Positions 23,803-31,658 of a stretch of DNA of 32,000 bases are shown one piece after another; within the stretch, counting starts at the first letter, position 1; each line of letters begins with the position of its first letter. The stretch lies in assembly GCA_040095065.1 (NCBI GenBank), contig JBBNGO010000019.1, positions 9,517-41,516 on the forward strand, in the 5' to 3' direction. This DNA comes from Hominicoprocola fusiformis. Lineage in GTDB: Bacteria; Bacillota; Clostridia; Oscillospirales; Oscillospiraceae. The notes below the pieces were generated by a model. It did not search any database. It saw only the letters and a program-made list of their open reading frames with translations, and was not told the DNA's origin. The position numbers were made by a program, and so were the translations under genes.

Positions 23803-25194
23803 ATGGGCAATTCAGTCATGTTGAATGGCGTCGAATATGCCGGAGAACAGATTGCCTACAAAGACAGCACCTACGAGCTTGTATCGAAGGTTGCCTACCT
23901 GATCGGCGTCCCGCTCCGTATTTTTCAAAATGAACACGAGCCGCCGAAGATAGAGATATACAACCGGCTTGAGCAGGATAAAAATGCCCGAATTATCCGA
24001 AATCTATGTATCATCCGCACCGCCATCGAGCGCAACTACCGGAAAATAAATGACATCATGCGGATGGAGTATCGAGGGCTGCTTTCAATGCCAGAGATCA
24101 TCCCGGCTTCCAGTATGCAGCAGCTTTCAAACGACGGAATCAGCTTTATCAAAAAGTCGAGTACAAAGCTCTGCCACCACATTATCGAGATTAACCGGCT
24201 GATTTCAGACCGCATTAACAACTGCAAAAGCCTCTTTCCAATCTGGATTAACTGGACGTACATAAAAGAGCTGTTCATCATGCCAAACGGCTTGACAGAG
24301 GACGGAACGAAAGATGCTGCGGACATCTATTACGCAAGTCTCTCCTACTACCCCTATCAAATGTACATCAACTGGGTACCGATGGACGAGGGCAATGTCC
24401 TCTATAATGATAAGAAGTTTGCTACCCTGCTTTATCAATGGCATTGCGACGCCTTCACGGAATACAGTAAAGTCTCCGATGCAGGGGCTTTTGTAAAAAA
24501 CAATATCTACGACTTCATAGATGACAGTGAGAAGACCGTATTGGTAGTGGACTGCGAAAACTCTGACCCGTACAAGCTGTGCGCCACGCTCAAAAACCTT
24601 GATTATGAGGTCATGCAGAAAATTACGGCGATCATTCTCTTTGATGACGTACACACCGCTACGGCATGGCGGATTCTTGAAAACTACACCCGCATCCCCG
24701 TTGAACATATCATGATTGAGCGGATCAAGCAGAACAAATCACTGGTAGACATCAAGCTCACCGCAAGAGCCTGTCAGGAACACTACCAAAAGCAAGTGGA
24801 TTCCTTCGTCATCGTCTCAAGCGATTCCGACTACTGGGGGCTGATTTCTTCCTTACCGGACGCCAGATTCCTTGTCATGATTGAGCGGGAAAAATGCGGA
24901 CCGGATATGAAGGCAGCACTTGCAGAATCCGGGATATTCTACTGCTATCTGGATGACTTCTACTCCGGCAACAGCGAGGACATCAAGAAAAACGCACTGT
25001 TCAAGGAGATGTACCGCTGGATTGACAACTCCGTTCACCTGAACGTCAACGATATGTTTGATGCAGCTCTGCGAAACACCAGGATCGAAATGTCTCCCGC
25101 AGAGCGGCGGCAGTTCTATGAAAAGCACATCAGGCACATGACGCTGACTATCGACGAGAACGGAAACGTCAGCATTGAACTGAAACGCGGATAG
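23803..25194 (+). CDS. NYN/LabA-like (PIN-fold) nuclease domain protein with unknown ~240-aa N-terminal region
   Basis: The C-terminal half has VLVVDCENSD ... FVIVSSDSDYWGLISSLPD, the acidic NYN signatures. AAGGAG RBS lies 7 nt upstream. The gene starts 25 nt after the hsdR stop. Confidence 0.8.
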   Translation: MGNSVMLNGVEYAGEQIAYKDSTYELVSKVAYLIGVPLRIFQNEHEPPKIEIYNRLEQDKNARIIRNLCIIRTAIERNYRKINDIMRMEYRGLLSMPEIIPASSMQQLSNDGISFIKKSSTKLCHHIIEINRLISDRINNCKSLFPIWINWTYIKELFIMPNGLTEDGTKDAADIYYASLSYYPYQMYINWVPMDEGNVLYNDKKFATLLYQWHCDAFTEYSKVSDAGAFVKNNIYDFIDDSEKTVLVVDCENSDPYKLCATLKNLDYEVMQKITAIILFDDVHTATAWRILENYTRIPVEHIMIERIKQNKSLVDIKLTARACQEHYQKQVDSFVIVSSDSDYWGLISSLPDARFLVMIEREKCGPDMKAALAESGIFYCYLDDFYSGNSEDIKKNALFKEMYRWIDNSVHLNVNDMFDAALRNTRIEMSPAERRQFYEKHIRHMTLTIDENGNVSIELKRG

Positions 25195-25223
25195 CCTTGG
25201 TTTCTATTCCGGGAGGAATGTGG

Positions 25224-27272
25224 ATGGACAACAGATTCTATTTTGGATTCAATACATCGGAGGAACGGAAAAAGCGCAGAAAAGCAGAGCTGTACTCCAT
25301 GAGTGAGCAAGTCAGCACCTTCTTTTGGGATGAAGCCCCGCAGCATGGATTGGAAATGCGTGAGGGGCAGCAGGATATGTCTTTTGAGATTGTGGACGCC
25401 CTCATAAACGATCAGCATTTTGCGATTGAAGCTGGCGTGGGCATTGGCAAGTCCTTTGGCTATCTTGTGCCGGTGCTGCTGTACAGCAAACGCATGAATA
25501 AGCCGGTTATCATCGCAACCTCGACCATTGCGCTTCAAGAACAGCTCTGGCGCGATGTCCACGCGGTAATGCCCCTTCTTGGGCTGAACAGAGATGTCAT
25601 CCTCGCAAAAGGACAGACCCATTATCTCTGCAACAAACGCGCAGATGAGTATATGTGTGACCCGAAAGCAGACCCACCGGACGCGCTCAAAGAAGGAATC
25701 AAGCAAGGGTATGAGGAACGCAAGGATTTCCCGGAGGTTTTGCCGCAAGGCGTCTGGGACAAGGTAAACGTGCAGCGGTTCAGCATGAAGAATTGCGGCT
25801 CCTGTGAAAAGAAGTGCAAATATTACAAAGTCCGCGCAGCATTAAAGTTTACGGATGGAGTGGTACTGTGCAATCAGGATTTTCTAACCCAACATCTCAT
25901 GAAACTCCGGCGCGGTCAGGACGGGCTGATTAACGCCGCCGCTGATCTGCTTGTCGTGGATGAAGCGCACAACTTAGATGATAAGGTGCGTAGTGCTACA
26001 ACGGAACGTTTCGGACAGGGTATGCTCTTTGGGATGATCAAGAGTGCATTCTATGAGCTGCGGTCCTCTGACCAGAGCAGTGTGTCCGGTGAAAAGCGAG
26101 AGGCAGAGAGCGCGATCATCGCCTTCTATAACTGCCTGAAAGCGCAAGTCAAAAAGCAGATCAACGAGGCAGAACAGGATATGCGCTATGCTGACCGCTT
26201 TTTCTTCGACCAAAACGGCAGTGCGGTTGAGCTGCTTACCGAGATGAACGCCGCCATACATAACCTTTCGTCCAGCATTCAGATTTATTCCAGCATGGAT
26301 TTCAGAAACAACCGTTCCTTTGCTGCCTCTGACGATCTGGATGCGGTCAGCGAGTCCCTTTCGGAGCTTCTTGACCGGATAGATGATATGTTGATCTGGA
26401 TTGAGCAGCACGGCAGCAACACGGAACTTGTCTATTGCCCTAAAAACACAAGGGAAATTGTTAGCCGCCTATACTTCAATGGTGATGAAAGAACCATCTT
26501 GACCTCTGCCACGCTGACGAACGCCACGAGCGGGTCTCTGGAAGAACAGTATTCCTACTTTATCAGCAATACCGGCTTTCCGGTTGGTGAACGCGGCTGC
26601 TTATCCGAACCGAAGCCTTCCCCATATCCATACGATGAACACGCCATGATCTACTATTGCGACGATCTCCCGCACCCGACCAGAGAACATGAAGCCTTCA
26701 TTGAAAAGGGTGTGGAGCGACTGCTTGAGATCCTGAGCATTTCCAATGGAAAGGCACTCGTGCTGTTTACGGCAAAGACCGACATGGAAGAGGTCTACTC
26801 CATTCTCAGCGAGAAAAATCTTCCGTACAAAATCCTGATGCAACAGCCGGGATCGTCGCAGGACAAGGTGCTGAATGAGTTTAAGGAAGATACGAACTCC
26901 GTGCTTCTGGGGACGGGCGCATATTGGGAAGGTATCAGCATTGAAGGAAAAAGCCTTTCCAATGTGATCATTTTCCGGCTTCCGTTCCCTGTCCCCGATC
27001 CAATTATCGAGTATAAGTGTTCCGTCGCAAAGGACGCTCTGATGGATGTTCGCGTTCCCGAAATGATTATCAAACTCAAGCAAGGCATCGGGCGATTGAT
27101 CCGCAATTTCACAGACACCGGCATTGTCTGCATCATCGACCGAAGACTGCTGGATGAGCCGCCGGAACGCTATCATGACATTACATGGGACTCCCTGCCT
27201 ATCAAAAATCGGACAAGCAGTTTGGGCGAACTTAGGAAGTTTTACGAAGGTCTGCCCTCAGCCAAGGAATGA
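25224..27272 (+). CDS. DinG/XPD (Rad3)-family SF2 DNA helicase with Fe-S-type cysteine cluster
   Basis: REGQQDMSFEIV, Walker A EAGVGIGKSFGY, DEAH box LVVDEAHNLD. Cysteines between motifs I and II are YLCNKR, YMCDP and NCGSCEKKCKYY. The C-terminus has LLGTGAYWEGISIEG and motif VI QGIGRLIRN. ATG 25224 lies 6 nt after GGGAGGA. Confidence 0.9.
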   Translation: MDNRFYFGFNTSEERKKRRKAELYSMSEQVSTFFWDEAPQHGLEMREGQQDMSFEIVDALINDQHFAIEAGVGIGKSFGYLVPVLLYSKRMNKPVIIATSTIALQEQLWRDVHAVMPLLGLNRDVILAKGQTHYLCNKRADEYMCDPKADPPDALKEGIKQGYEERKDFPEVLPQGVWDKVNVQRFSMKNCGSCEKKCKYYKVRAALKFTDGVVLCNQDFLTQHLMKLRRGQDGLINAAADLLVVDEAHNLDDKVRSATTERFGQGMLFGMIKSAFYELRSSDQSSVSGEKREAESAIIAFYNCLKAQVKKQINEAEQDMRYADRFFFDQNGSAVELLTEMNAAIHNLSSSIQIYSSMDFRNNRSFAASDDLDAVSESLSELLDRIDDMLIWIEQHGSNTELVYCPKNTREIVSRLYFNGDERTILTSATLTNATSGSLEEQYSYFISNTGFPVGERGCLSEPKPSPYPYDEHAMIYYCDDLPHPTREHEAFIEKGVERLLEILSISNGKALVLFTAKTDMEEVYSILSEKNLPYKILMQQPGSSQDKVLNEFKEDTNSVLLGTGAYWEGISIEGKSLSNVIIFRLPFPVPDPIIEYKCSVAKDALMDVRVPEMIIKLKQGIGRLIRNFTDTGIVCIIDRRLLDEPPERYHDITWDSLPIKNRTSSLGELRKFYEGLPSAKE

Positions 27273-27349
27273 TGATACAAACGGCAGTCTCTTCGGAAAC
27301 ATAGAGCAACCCCCCCAAAAAAACGACAATCAGAAAACGGAGGTGTATC

Positions 27350-27961
27350 ATGTTGTACAATGAAAATCTGCACGAAGAAGAACAACATCTGATCCAGCAA
27401 ATTGCCGAGCAAACAGAGAGAGGAAAAATCGACTGGGAACTAACAGAGTACAATCCGCTGTCCTTTCTGAATGAGGACAAGATAGACAAGAACCCAGCAG
27501 TAATCTGTCAGTCCTTCTCCTTTGAGGCGATCATCGGCGGCTCCCGTTACGAGCTTGATGTCATGGAGAATATTGATGTGCCGTCCGGTATGGGAGACTA
27601 CACCATAACCTTGACACGGGATGAAACCGAAAATTATCTTAAAATTGAGGATGCGCTTTCCTTTGACTGTGACCGCTATGAATGCACACCGGAGGAAGTC
27701 GCAGAGCGATTTGCGGACAGCCCCATTGTCCGTCTCTGCAACGCCATCATTCCTGCCACGCTTGGGCAGGAGGATTTAGAAGAGGTCTTCACATGGGCAA
27801 GGTTTTTCAACGAGACTGGCATTTCTGCAAAGCTGATGAATCATCCACTGACCAAGCTCTGTGAAAAGCTGTTCGACGAACACCGTCTGATGGACTTCCA
27901 TCGCTGCGTCTTGGATGTGGGCTATCGAAAGCTGCTCCTAAATGAACTGGCTCATAACTAA
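27350..27961 (+). CDS. Hypothetical acidic 203-aa protein
   Basis: GGAGGTG RBS. The protein is D/E-rich (LHEEEQHLIQQIAEQTERGKIDWELTEYNPLSFLNEDKIDK...). It is the last gene before the strong terminator. Confidence 0.7.
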   Translation: MLYNENLHEEEQHLIQQIAEQTERGKIDWELTEYNPLSFLNEDKIDKNPAVICQSFSFEAIIGGSRYELDVMENIDVPSGMGDYTITLTRDETENYLKIEDALSFDCDRYECTPEEVAERFADSPIVRLCNAIIPATLGQEDLEEVFTWARFFNETGISAKLMNHPLTKLCEKLFDEHRLMDFHRCVLDVGYRKLLLNELAHN

Positions 27962-27971
27962 GACACGGAAA

Positions 27972-28014
27972 AACGCCCCCGACACTGTGCCAGACGCACA
28001 GTGCCGGGGGCGTT
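27972..28014. terminator. Strong GC-rich hairpin between convergent transcription units
   Basis: AACGCCCCCGACACTGTGC, 5-nt loop, GCACAGTGCCGGGGGCGTT (19-bp stem, 1 mismatch). On the minus strand it is followed by TTTTTCC; on the plus strand by TTCCCGTTTCC. Confidence 0.7.
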
Positions 28015-28237
28015 CCCGTTTCCAGCGATTTATTTTTCTCTCGGCAAGGGACTGTTCATAAGGTGACACTTTCCGTTTTACGAAGCCGTGAAAATTCGAT
28101 GTGTTCCGTGGAGATGTTCACTGGGCAGCATACACCGTACACGTTTCCAATAACCACCGAGTAGTGCAATGTGTATTCACTATCGGGAAATACTTCACGG
28201 TTTTCGCAACGCTTGATTCAGGAGTGGGATTTTTGCC

Positions 28238-28813
28238 TTATTCCCGCGTGACATCAAGGGAAACCGGATTGATAACGATGATAGGTTTGCCCTTTTTGTG
28301 GGCATATCTCACGGTGTTCCCGGTACCGCTGGGGCATCCATTCCATACTGCGAGAATATAATCGGCGTGATCTACCATGTACCGATTTCTCTTGTCCATG
28401 CAGTCCGACGTGTACTCCCGTTGCAGCATGGTCTCCTTGTCACACTTTGCCGCGATATTATAATACCGTTCCCGTGAAGCCACAGACCATTTGATCGCTT
28501 GTGTCTCACAAGGGATTGCGCTTTCCAGAGTAATGTGAGGGTATTTTGATTTTAGATCGAGTACAATTTCCGCAGCATACATGTCGACGCCAAGAGCCAT
28601 GCCGGTAATAAAATGCGTGACGCCCTCGTTCTCGATGAGTGCTACAATCTGATCCCGCATAACAGATTTCAAAGAAGTACAACGCTTATCGGATTCATCA
28701 AAGCCGAACGGAAGACTCTGCGGTCTATGACCGGTAAACGCACAAGTCTTGCCTTGAACGGATTGCTTTGCAGCTTTTTGAGCAGACTTTCTAAACTCAA
28801 TAATGCGCGACAT
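28238..28813 (-). CDS. SLOG-family / DUF1273 (YpsA-like) protein
   Basis: GKTCAFTGHRPQSLPFGFDE...THFITGMALGVDMYAAEIVL...LESAIPCETQ...ADYILAVWNG.PSGTGNTVRYA is the DUF1273 signature (TGHRP). Confidence 0.85.
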   Translation of the reverse strand: MSRIIEFRKSAQKAAKQSVQGKTCAFTGHRPQSLPFGFDESDKRCTSLKSVMRDQIVALIENEGVTHFITGMALGVDMYAAEIVLDLKSKYPHITLESAIPCETQAIKWSVASRERYYNIAAKCDKETMLQREYTSDCMDKRNRYMVDHADYILAVWNGCPSGTGNTVRYAHKKGKPIIVINPVSLDVTRE

Positions 28814-28964
28814 GACACCCCTTCTTTCACTCTTTTGGTAGGTAACTCCATTCTATCACCCTCATCACGGACAGTCAATGCAATGTCGTTAGTAAAATCA
28901 ACGACGGCGTACCGTGGATAATGACACCGCCGTTAGGTACACTAAATGCAAAGGTGGTGAGGCT

Positions 28965-29294
28965 ATGCGAGAGAAGAAGGACATCAATATTGAAATCGGC
29001 GGCAATATTCAAGTGGCAAGAGAACAGGCGGGCTATACGCAGGACACGCTCTCAGAAATGCTTGGCATGACGCCGAATCACCTGAGTGCCATTGAGCGTG
29101 GTGCATCCGGTATCTCTCTTGAAGCCTTGCAGCGTCTTTGCCGTTTGCTCGGCGTCAGCGCAGACCGAATTATCTTTGGGACTGACGAGCCAGAAGAGGA
29201 AGCCCTTGCGCTTGCCAGACGTATTTCGGATATAAAGCCGGAATACCGGCAACAGGTTCAAGAGCTGCTGTCCGCAATTTTGAATATGTCATAA
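28965..29294 (+). CDS. XRE-family helix-turn-helix transcriptional regulator
   Basis: IGGNIQVAREQAGYTQDTLSEMLGMTPNHLSAIERGASGISLEALQRLCRLLGVSADRIIFG. ATG 28965 follows GGTGGTGAGG. The gene is divergent from the SLOG gene. Confidence 0.85.
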   Translation: MREKKDINIEIGGNIQVAREQAGYTQDTLSEMLGMTPNHLSAIERGASGISLEALQRLCRLLGVSADRIIFGTDEPEEEALALARRISDIKPEYRQQVQELLSAILNMS

Positions 29295-29299
29295 AAAAA

Positions 29300-29342
29300 G
29301 AGCCTCTGCCGATACCCAAACCGGGCATCGACAGAGGCTTTT
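29300..29342. terminator. Bidirectional rho-independent terminator
   Basis: AGCCTCTGCCGAT, loop, ATCGACAGAGGCT. It is flanked by A7 (29293-29299) upstream and TTTT (29339-29342) downstream. It serves the XRE gene (+) and the ArdA operon (-). Confidence 0.75.
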
Positions 29343-29437
29343 GGTTCGTTTTCCGAGCATTCAAACAAGTGCCGAAATCAACACTTATTTCCGCACTAAA
29401 GAAGAAACTGCGCAGGGAATACAATCACTTAGGTTGG

Positions 29438-29659
29438 TCAATTTGCGTCGCGCTGAGGCTTGCAATCATGGGCTTTTTCGCCCCCTAACTGTCTACACCG
29501 CGATGCCTTGCGGGAGAAGTGCGGACAGGCGATGAGATCCGCACGGAAGCTCTGCTTGCAGCTATGGACGCAGCGGACGCAGAAGCGGTTGTACTTCCGG
29601 CGTCCGCTGTCCCCGATGAAGAATGACCACTCCTGCCGCCATTTCTGACTTCTGCTCAC
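29438..29659 (-). CDS. Possible small Cys-rich protein (73 aa), low confidence
   Basis: The GTG start overlaps the stop of the ArdA polyvalent gene (GTGA). The ORF contains FCVRCVHSCKQSFRADLIACPHF, a Zn-ribbon-like spacing. It has no internal Met and no clear RBS, and it is Arg-rich. Confidence 0.3.
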   Translation of the reverse strand: MSRSQKWRQEWSFFIGDSGRRKYNRFCVRCVHSCKQSFRADLIACPHFSRKASRCRQLGGEKAHDCKPQRDAN

Positions 29660-31428
29660 AGCTCAATCTCTCCTTTGTGCTTTTTGGGAGGGCAGCATTC
29701 CTTCTGCTTTTCAGCCTTTGCAGACTTGAGCCTGTCCATGATGGAGGACTTTTCGCCGGTTTCGGGGGCTTTGACCTCTGCGGTCTTGTCCTCCTTCGGA
29801 CCGTTGTTGATGATCCCGTCAATCATGCCGTAGTCATCCTCCATCGACATCTCTGCCGCCTTGAGGTAGTTTTCCTTCTCAAGTGCCGCCATCCAGCTTT
29901 CCTTGCTGATACCAAGCATTCCGCCCTTTGCCACATGATCGGCAATCTCTTTGGCATCTACGCACAAGCCCTCGGTGTTATCGGAATAGAGGCGGTAAAC
30001 CTCGCAGCCCTTCTCCAAAGCCTTCTCAGCCGCTTCCTGACCGGCGGGAAGAACGCCAGCCCATGCGTAGCCGTAGTCCTTCATATCCTGAACGGAGAGC
30101 GTGGGATCGGGCATTTCCGGCACTTCCTTGACTTCAAGGTCAAGAAGGCGGAGTGTGTCATCGTCAAAGCCGTTGTAGACATCATCAAGGACAAGTTTGC
30201 CGCGCTCATCGACAATGACACAGGCAGCTTCATCGCCGTAGGTGTCATGCTCCATCAGATAAAAGCTGTGACCGCCGACTTCGTGCTGGTCAATGGTGTG
30301 CCACGTCCCGATGTGACCGGCAACCGTCAGACCGGAGGTGTCGGCATTCATCTCAAAGTCCTTCTGCTCGATGCTTTCCTGCTTCTGCTGCTCCTTCGAG
30401 ATCATGGGAATCGCCACAATCTTATCGCCCAACTTAACAAACTGCTCCGGCACCTTGAAGTGGTCAGAGAACTTCTGCATCTGCTCTACGGTCAGAGAGC
30501 CGAAGCTGTCATCCGTCAAGCCAACTACCATGAATGTTCCGGCAACAACGTCGTAGATGTCACCGTCCTCATCACGCAGAGCGCGGTTCAGGGGCAAACC
30601 TTCCAGCTTGCCTTCCTCGTTGCAGACTAAAGCAACCGGGTCTTCGTAGGGGTAAATCGCCTCGATGCAGCCGCCGACCTCATGCTGCAAGGACTCAAGA
30701 CCGGAGTCAATCTCCTTCACATAAGGCTCCTTTCCCGGCTCAACGACGAGAACTGCAATAGTGCTGTCACGCTCGGCGGCTTCCCCTGAGCCGGTAATCC
30801 GGTATTCATCGGGAATATCATCAAGCTCCCCGTTAAACTGCCTGTCCCAGCGTTCGCTTGCGACACGGACATAGCCCTCATCGGTGAATCGCCCCTGCTC
30901 ATCCATCGCAATGTCGCGCCCATAGCGTTCATAGTCGATGTAATTTGCCAGAGGACCGAGATCCTTTTCAGAGTAGATACCGGCTTCGTGTGCGTAATAA
31001 TAGCCGAGATCGGATTCGTCGTTGATACCGGGCATGATGTCGTAGCAGTCCAGATTGAACGTCAGGTTGATGAGATCGTCGATGTCGCTGACCTCATCGC
31101 AGCCAGCCTCCATAATGGCAGCGAGCTTTTCCTGATCGCTCAGGGAAAGCTCGTCAATTAAAGCGGCAAGGTAGTTGAGCTTATCAAGGCTTTCGTACTC
31201 GCCAAGCAGCTTCTGGACGCCGTAGATCGGGCATTCGTAGTCGGTGATAAACCACTCTTCATAGGGCTGACCGAACTCATCCTGCTTGCCGATTCCGATG
31301 CGCTCAAAGACCTTCTGCATCTCTTCTTCGGTGGTGGGCAGCTTCACCCACTCACCGACCAGCATACCCTCGTTGTACTTGCCGAGGTTTGTGACGAAGG
31401 CTTCAAAATTACCGTCTAATACGGGCAT
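29656..31428 (-). CDS. ardA: Polyvalent conjugation-associated protein: N-terminal ArdA antirestriction domain plus DUF3846-like and further C-terminal modules
   Basis: FEAFVTNLGKYNEGMLVGEWVKLP...ITDYECP...LANYIDYERYGRDIAMDE closely parallels Tn916 ArdA (ANLGKYNEG..LVG / NYIDY..YGRD). It is followed by VLVVEPGKEPYVKEID...ALVCNEEGKLEGLPLNR (DUF3846-like) and more domains. ATG 31428 lies 6 nt after AAGGAGGA. Confidence 0.9.
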   Translation of the reverse strand: MPVLDGNFEAFVTNLGKYNEGMLVGEWVKLPTTEEEMQKVFERIGIGKQDEFGQPYEEWFITDYECPIYGVQKLLGEYESLDKLNYLAALIDELSLSDQEKLAAIMEAGCDEVSDIDDLINLTFNLDCYDIMPGINDESDLGYYYAHEAGIYSEKDLGPLANYIDYERYGRDIAMDEQGRFTDEGYVRVASERWDRQFNGELDDIPDEYRITGSGEAAERDSTIAVLVVEPGKEPYVKEIDSGLESLQHEVGGCIEAIYPYEDPVALVCNEEGKLEGLPLNRALRDEDGDIYDVVAGTFMVVGLTDDSFGSLTVEQMQKFSDHFKVPEQFVKLGDKIVAIPMISKEQQKQESIEQKDFEMNADTSGLTVAGHIGTWHTIDQHEVGGHSFYLMEHDTYGDEAACVIVDERGKLVLDDVYNGFDDDTLRLLDLEVKEVPEMPDPTLSVQDMKDYGYAWAGVLPAGQEAAEKALEKGCEVYRLYSDNTEGLCVDAKEIADHVAKGGMLGISKESWMAALEKENYLKAAEMSMEDDYGMIDGIINNGPKEDKTAEVKAPETGEKSSIMDRLKSAKAEKQKECCPPKKHKGEIEL

Positions 31429-31441
31429 AAGCATCCTCCTT

Positions 31442-31657
31442 TCAGTCATCCACCATGCCGTCCGGCATGATATACAGTTCCTCAAACTCCGCGTCGGTCA
31501 TGGCTTCGAGCTTCCGGACGGTCTTATACATCAGCTCTGCGATCTCGCCGTCCATGTCGTTCAGGGTGACGCCCTTCATATCGTCGATCAGCCGCTTCCG
31601 GCTGGATGTGTTGAAGCAGCACATCAGGTTGATTTCTTCCACGGTAAAATTCTTCAT
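31442..31657 (-). CDS. Transposon-transfer assisting family protein
   Basis: MKNFTVEEINLMCCFNTSSRKRLIDDMK...TVRKLEAMTDAEFEEL matches the roughly 70-aa family common in Clostridia ICEs (recognised from memory). Confidence 0.78.
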   Translation of the reverse strand: MKNFTVEEINLMCCFNTSSRKRLIDDMKGVTLNDMDGEIAELMYKTVRKLEAMTDAEFEELYIMPDGMVDD

Positions 31658-31658
31658 A

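Noticed and set aside
27310-27323. C7A7 homopolymer tract between the helicase and the acidic-protein gene, considered as a slipped-strand phase switch
   Set aside because: The tracts are short and lie intergenically, upstream of the RBS. They fall neither within a promoter spacer I can define nor within coding sequence. There is no evidence of length variation from a single sequence.
28101-28361. 86-aa plus-strand ORF
   Set aside because: It overlaps the 3' end of the SLOG gene in antisense, has no RBS and uses an alternative start.
29623-30630. 335-aa plus-strand ORF
   Set aside because: It is antisense to the ArdA polyvalent gene, whose translation has unmistakable ArdA motifs. The plus frame is low-complexity (Leu/Val/Gly-rich).
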